NCBI GenBank assembly: GCA_000708835.1 | Contig: DF237443.1 | Span: 1-64,000, forward strand | From: Klebsormidium nitens | Lineage: Eukaryota > Plantae > Klebsormidiophyceae | DNA: 64,000 nucleotides | Reading direction: 5' to 3' | In this document: piece by piece, positions 61,001 through 64,000 of the stretch | Layout of the letters: every line of letters starts with the position of its first letter | How positions within the stretch are numbered: position 1 is the first letter of the stretch | Notes under the pieces: generated by a model | The model's input: only the letters and a program-made list of their open reading frames with translations | The model's database searches: none | Told to the model about the DNA's origin: nothing | Program-made: the position numbers and the translations under genes

Positions 61001-63663
61001 CGGCCGGCCAACACGTGAGTAAACCGGACAACTTCCCTGAAGATAAACTGTTCTGAAGGTCAATGAAGGGTGACCTTACAAATCGTTTCGAACCTCGTTT
61101 TCTGCTCCATCAAGATGCAATCTGGGTGTGATCGACCGGGTTGCGCCCGCTTCCTTCAGAACAATGCTGAGTATTGAGTAAGTTCCAACCACCTTCGGGT
61201 CTTTATTTCTTACATATGGAGGGCGGTGACGATGGAGTATTTGTTCAAATATGCGGTGCAATCCATCTGAAGTTCTCCCGCCTTGGAACAGTGCTCAGCA
61301 AGGACTATGCCTTAATTGATTGAGAGGAAGCTGTTTTCGAACCGTTTGCAAAGCTTCGCGGTCATAGATTACTAAACAACAGTTTTCTTATGCAGTTCCC
61401 TCCTCAAACCAGCCTGCTTGGCGTCGCGTTCACGCCCGGGCAGCACTAAGCTTCTCGTCGATGTACGGGCGGCCAACAGGTTCGTTACCTAGCAACAAAG
61501 TTGCATTGTGCAACGAAAAATGACCTTTCAAATCCTGCCACGCCCTCCTGTCCGCTCGAAATGGTGGCGGCAGCCAGTTGGAGATCGATAACTGCACTTT
61601 AAGGGTTTTAGAGTTTGCATACGTTTAATTGTGCCCTAGCTTCCGGTGTGACATGAATTTCGTCGGGAATTTTGACTGAGGGGAAAGCGGAGCTCGTTTT
61701 GTCACCCGTCTCAGGCTCAAGTGGGCACCGTGCGGAAAAGCTCGTCCGGATAACCGGAACGGTCACTTGAGCGAATGACAACCAAGCAATTCGGAAGCAG
61801 GCACAAAGCTCAAGTTGCCATCTCGTTCTTGGTGCAGTGGAACAAACAACTTGATGGTGGGCGCTGCAGAAGGAACGTTGCAAGCAAACACGTCCGGGAC
61901 AGCCGTCAACCAACCTGCTGCTGCGCATACAACGGCCAAGTGAGTATGATTCATTCACAAGCACACGTAGCTCATGCAAACAATTACTGCCCAGGGCGGC
62001 TTGCGGTGCGCCGTCACAATAGGGCCCCCTTTCGAACATCGTTGACCAGTCAAAGCGCTCTGGATCTATGTACGCCTCCCCAAAGCGCCTGGCCCATGAG
62101 GTTGCTAATTGAAGAGTAGACGATAGAGTAGACGATAACGCTCGCTTTTTCGAGATCAAGGCTGGGCATGCATTCAATGTCAGCTACCTTAGGGCCAAAT
62201 ATTCAGTATCCGTCTTTCACATGGGAAGACCTGATCGGTCTTTTTTCGTGAGCATACGCTCCTGTAACTCTTTCTAGCAAGTCGCACTATTTCGCCTAGA
62301 AAGCAGTATTCCATTCTTCTGCTGAAAAGGTACCATCTTCGTCTCGAAACTAAAGCGTCAAGGTGGGACACAAGTACGACGGTTGTTCTGTGCAGTGACC
62401 TTTTGGAAGCAGCCGGCCCGTTGACACGAGCACGGCGCCGCAACAACCCCATGCCGCTGGTGAATGAGCCGCCGACCGACAGGTTTGTGAACTCCCCTTC
62501 CCAACACAGTTGGACAGCTACGAAAGTTTGACATGGACGTCATCAAAGGGTGACTTTTGTTAATCTTGCAGGCGGTTTCCTTCAGTCGGGTGGCGGCCTG
62601 TGTGAGACCGATAGCGCCATCTTCGTTAAGATCGAATAAACTTGATTCAATGAGAAATTTCAACACATGAAGTGACCTGAATACGGCTTCCTATTTTCCA
62701 CTTACGACCAAGTTGCCAGGTTTGGAAGGCGATCTTTCTCGGTCTCTTCCGTTCTCTAAGAAGGCAACTGACTTTCGTCTGTTTCGCTTACAGTGCTACG
62801 GTTGTTCTGGCGGGAGAAGGGGCACGGGAGGACGCATCCGGGCCTGCTGTCGACCTTGCCGCCAAGAAGCCGTCCGTTGCGAAAGCGGCTACTAAGTGAG
62901 CTTGCTCCGAAGCACTGCAGTGCAAGCTAGCGGGACTCAAACCGCATAACGCAAGGTCGATTCTTGAAACGGCTCCCTCGAACTTCCCATGCAGCTTAGA
63001 TGCTTAGACTTTTTCTGTCATGCCCATTATGCAGATCTGAAACAAGGCAGCCCACGCACATCCGGTTCGACATGGACTCGGAGGATGAACGAGCAGAGGA
63101 GACCGGGTACGCCGCTCGTCAACGCTCTTTGCCTCGTTGGGCCTCGTTGGCATCCCTTTTTGTGTCCTAAAAGCTTTGTAACTTGCGGTACGTTCACAAT
63201 ATCTTGCTTGTAGTGTTGTTCGTCTCGCTTTTTAACGAGTCGGAACGCTTGACCGCCTTCTCATGGGCCGCGTGTTGAAAGGGCAATGAGAAAAAGTCCT
63301 GGGAGCCCATCTGCCTTGAGAGCCCTGCAATTCGGGCGCGCTGAAAGTTCTTGACAGCTCGGCCCTCCAAAAAAACGGAGCCGGACGAACGAGCACCACG
63401 GACTGTCGGCTGCCTGCCCCGGCTTGTTAAAATGGCGCGCCCATTGCGGGCGTTGTTGCTTTGTTCTGGATCACCGTCTTCCGCAATATGTCCATCAATT
63501 CATATCTAAGGAAGCAACACATTTGCTCGTCCATTTGTTTTTGCTTCAGTGGCACGTATGATTTGGCGGCCAGAGCAACGGAAGTAGTAGTGCGGGAGGA
63601 CACCTCGGGGCCCAGCGTTGATCCCGCTGCCAACCAGCCAGCCGCTGCCAAATCGACCTCCAC
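55067..63663 (+). CDS. Multi-exon JmjC-domain protein (KDM6-like motifs) with repetitive exon-cassette tail; continues to or past the window end
   Basis: Phase-consistent exons 55067-55239, 55851-55950, 56306-56804, 57303-~57461, 58031-~58313, 58674-~59066, ~59286-59398, then symmetric exons 59878-63663. JmjC ligands H-x-E (WGHFEMNG) and distal H (KNHYV) are intact. Confidence 0.75.
59497..59650. repeat. Intronic minisatellite, ~44-bp period, ~3.4 copies
   Basis: Core GGGTC(A/G)AACGGATC(A/T)AGGGACTGTGCAGAA at ~59501, 59545, 59588 and a partial copy at 59632. Confidence 0.9.
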
Positions 63664-64000
63664 GTGAGCTCGCGTTTGTTTCGGAATCGCTGCAGCGCAA
63701 CTCCAGCACGACGATTTTGAGGCTCCTTTTAAGGCTCTATCTTAGTGCTTGGGTTCTACTGTCATGCTCTTTTTGCAATGACGACCAAGGTACCATCTGC
63801 ATGTCCGTTTTACCACGGGAATCCGAAGATGAAGCAACAGAGGATACACTGTACGCCGCCGATTGGCAGGCAGCCCTTACACGACTTCATGGAGAATAGG
63901 TCTTGACAAAGCTAATGCTGCAAATGGAGGACCATAGGTCATTACAAAGCAGCTGCTGTTGTTGGGTGGAAGCTGGTCTTAGCACAACTCACTGAGCCGT

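Overview
Eukaryotic nuclear scaffold with five large and two short N-gaps, GT-AG introns and GC-rich exons. The gene set (plant-type CHASE histidine kinase, BSD2, BPG2/YqeH GTPase, mL80-like) points to the green lineage, most likely a streptophyte alga of the Klebsormidium type (inference). Bases ~1-22.8 kb are a nest of decayed mobile DNA: a Ty3/gypsy-like gag, two copia copies, a LINE 3' fragment, an unclassified element, a tRNA-like unit, a covarying hairpin array, and decayed cellular-type ORFs including a JmjN-JmjC-Zn-finger pseudogene. Bases ~23-64 kb are gene-dense: BPG2/YqeH GTPase (-), DHRS12-like SDR (+), CHASE hybrid histidine kinase (-) with an in-frame TAA in exon 2, BSD2 (+), MCRS1-like FHA protein (-), TFIIS (+), mL80-like (-), and a long multi-exon gene (+) running off the window end. 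That last gene is the most striking item: its JmjC domain aligns without gaps to the animal KDM6 (UTX/JMJD3) motifs, and it is followed by a run of duplicated, frame-preserving phase-2 exon cassettes. All gene models were spliced by eye; family calls are from recalled motifs, not database searches.
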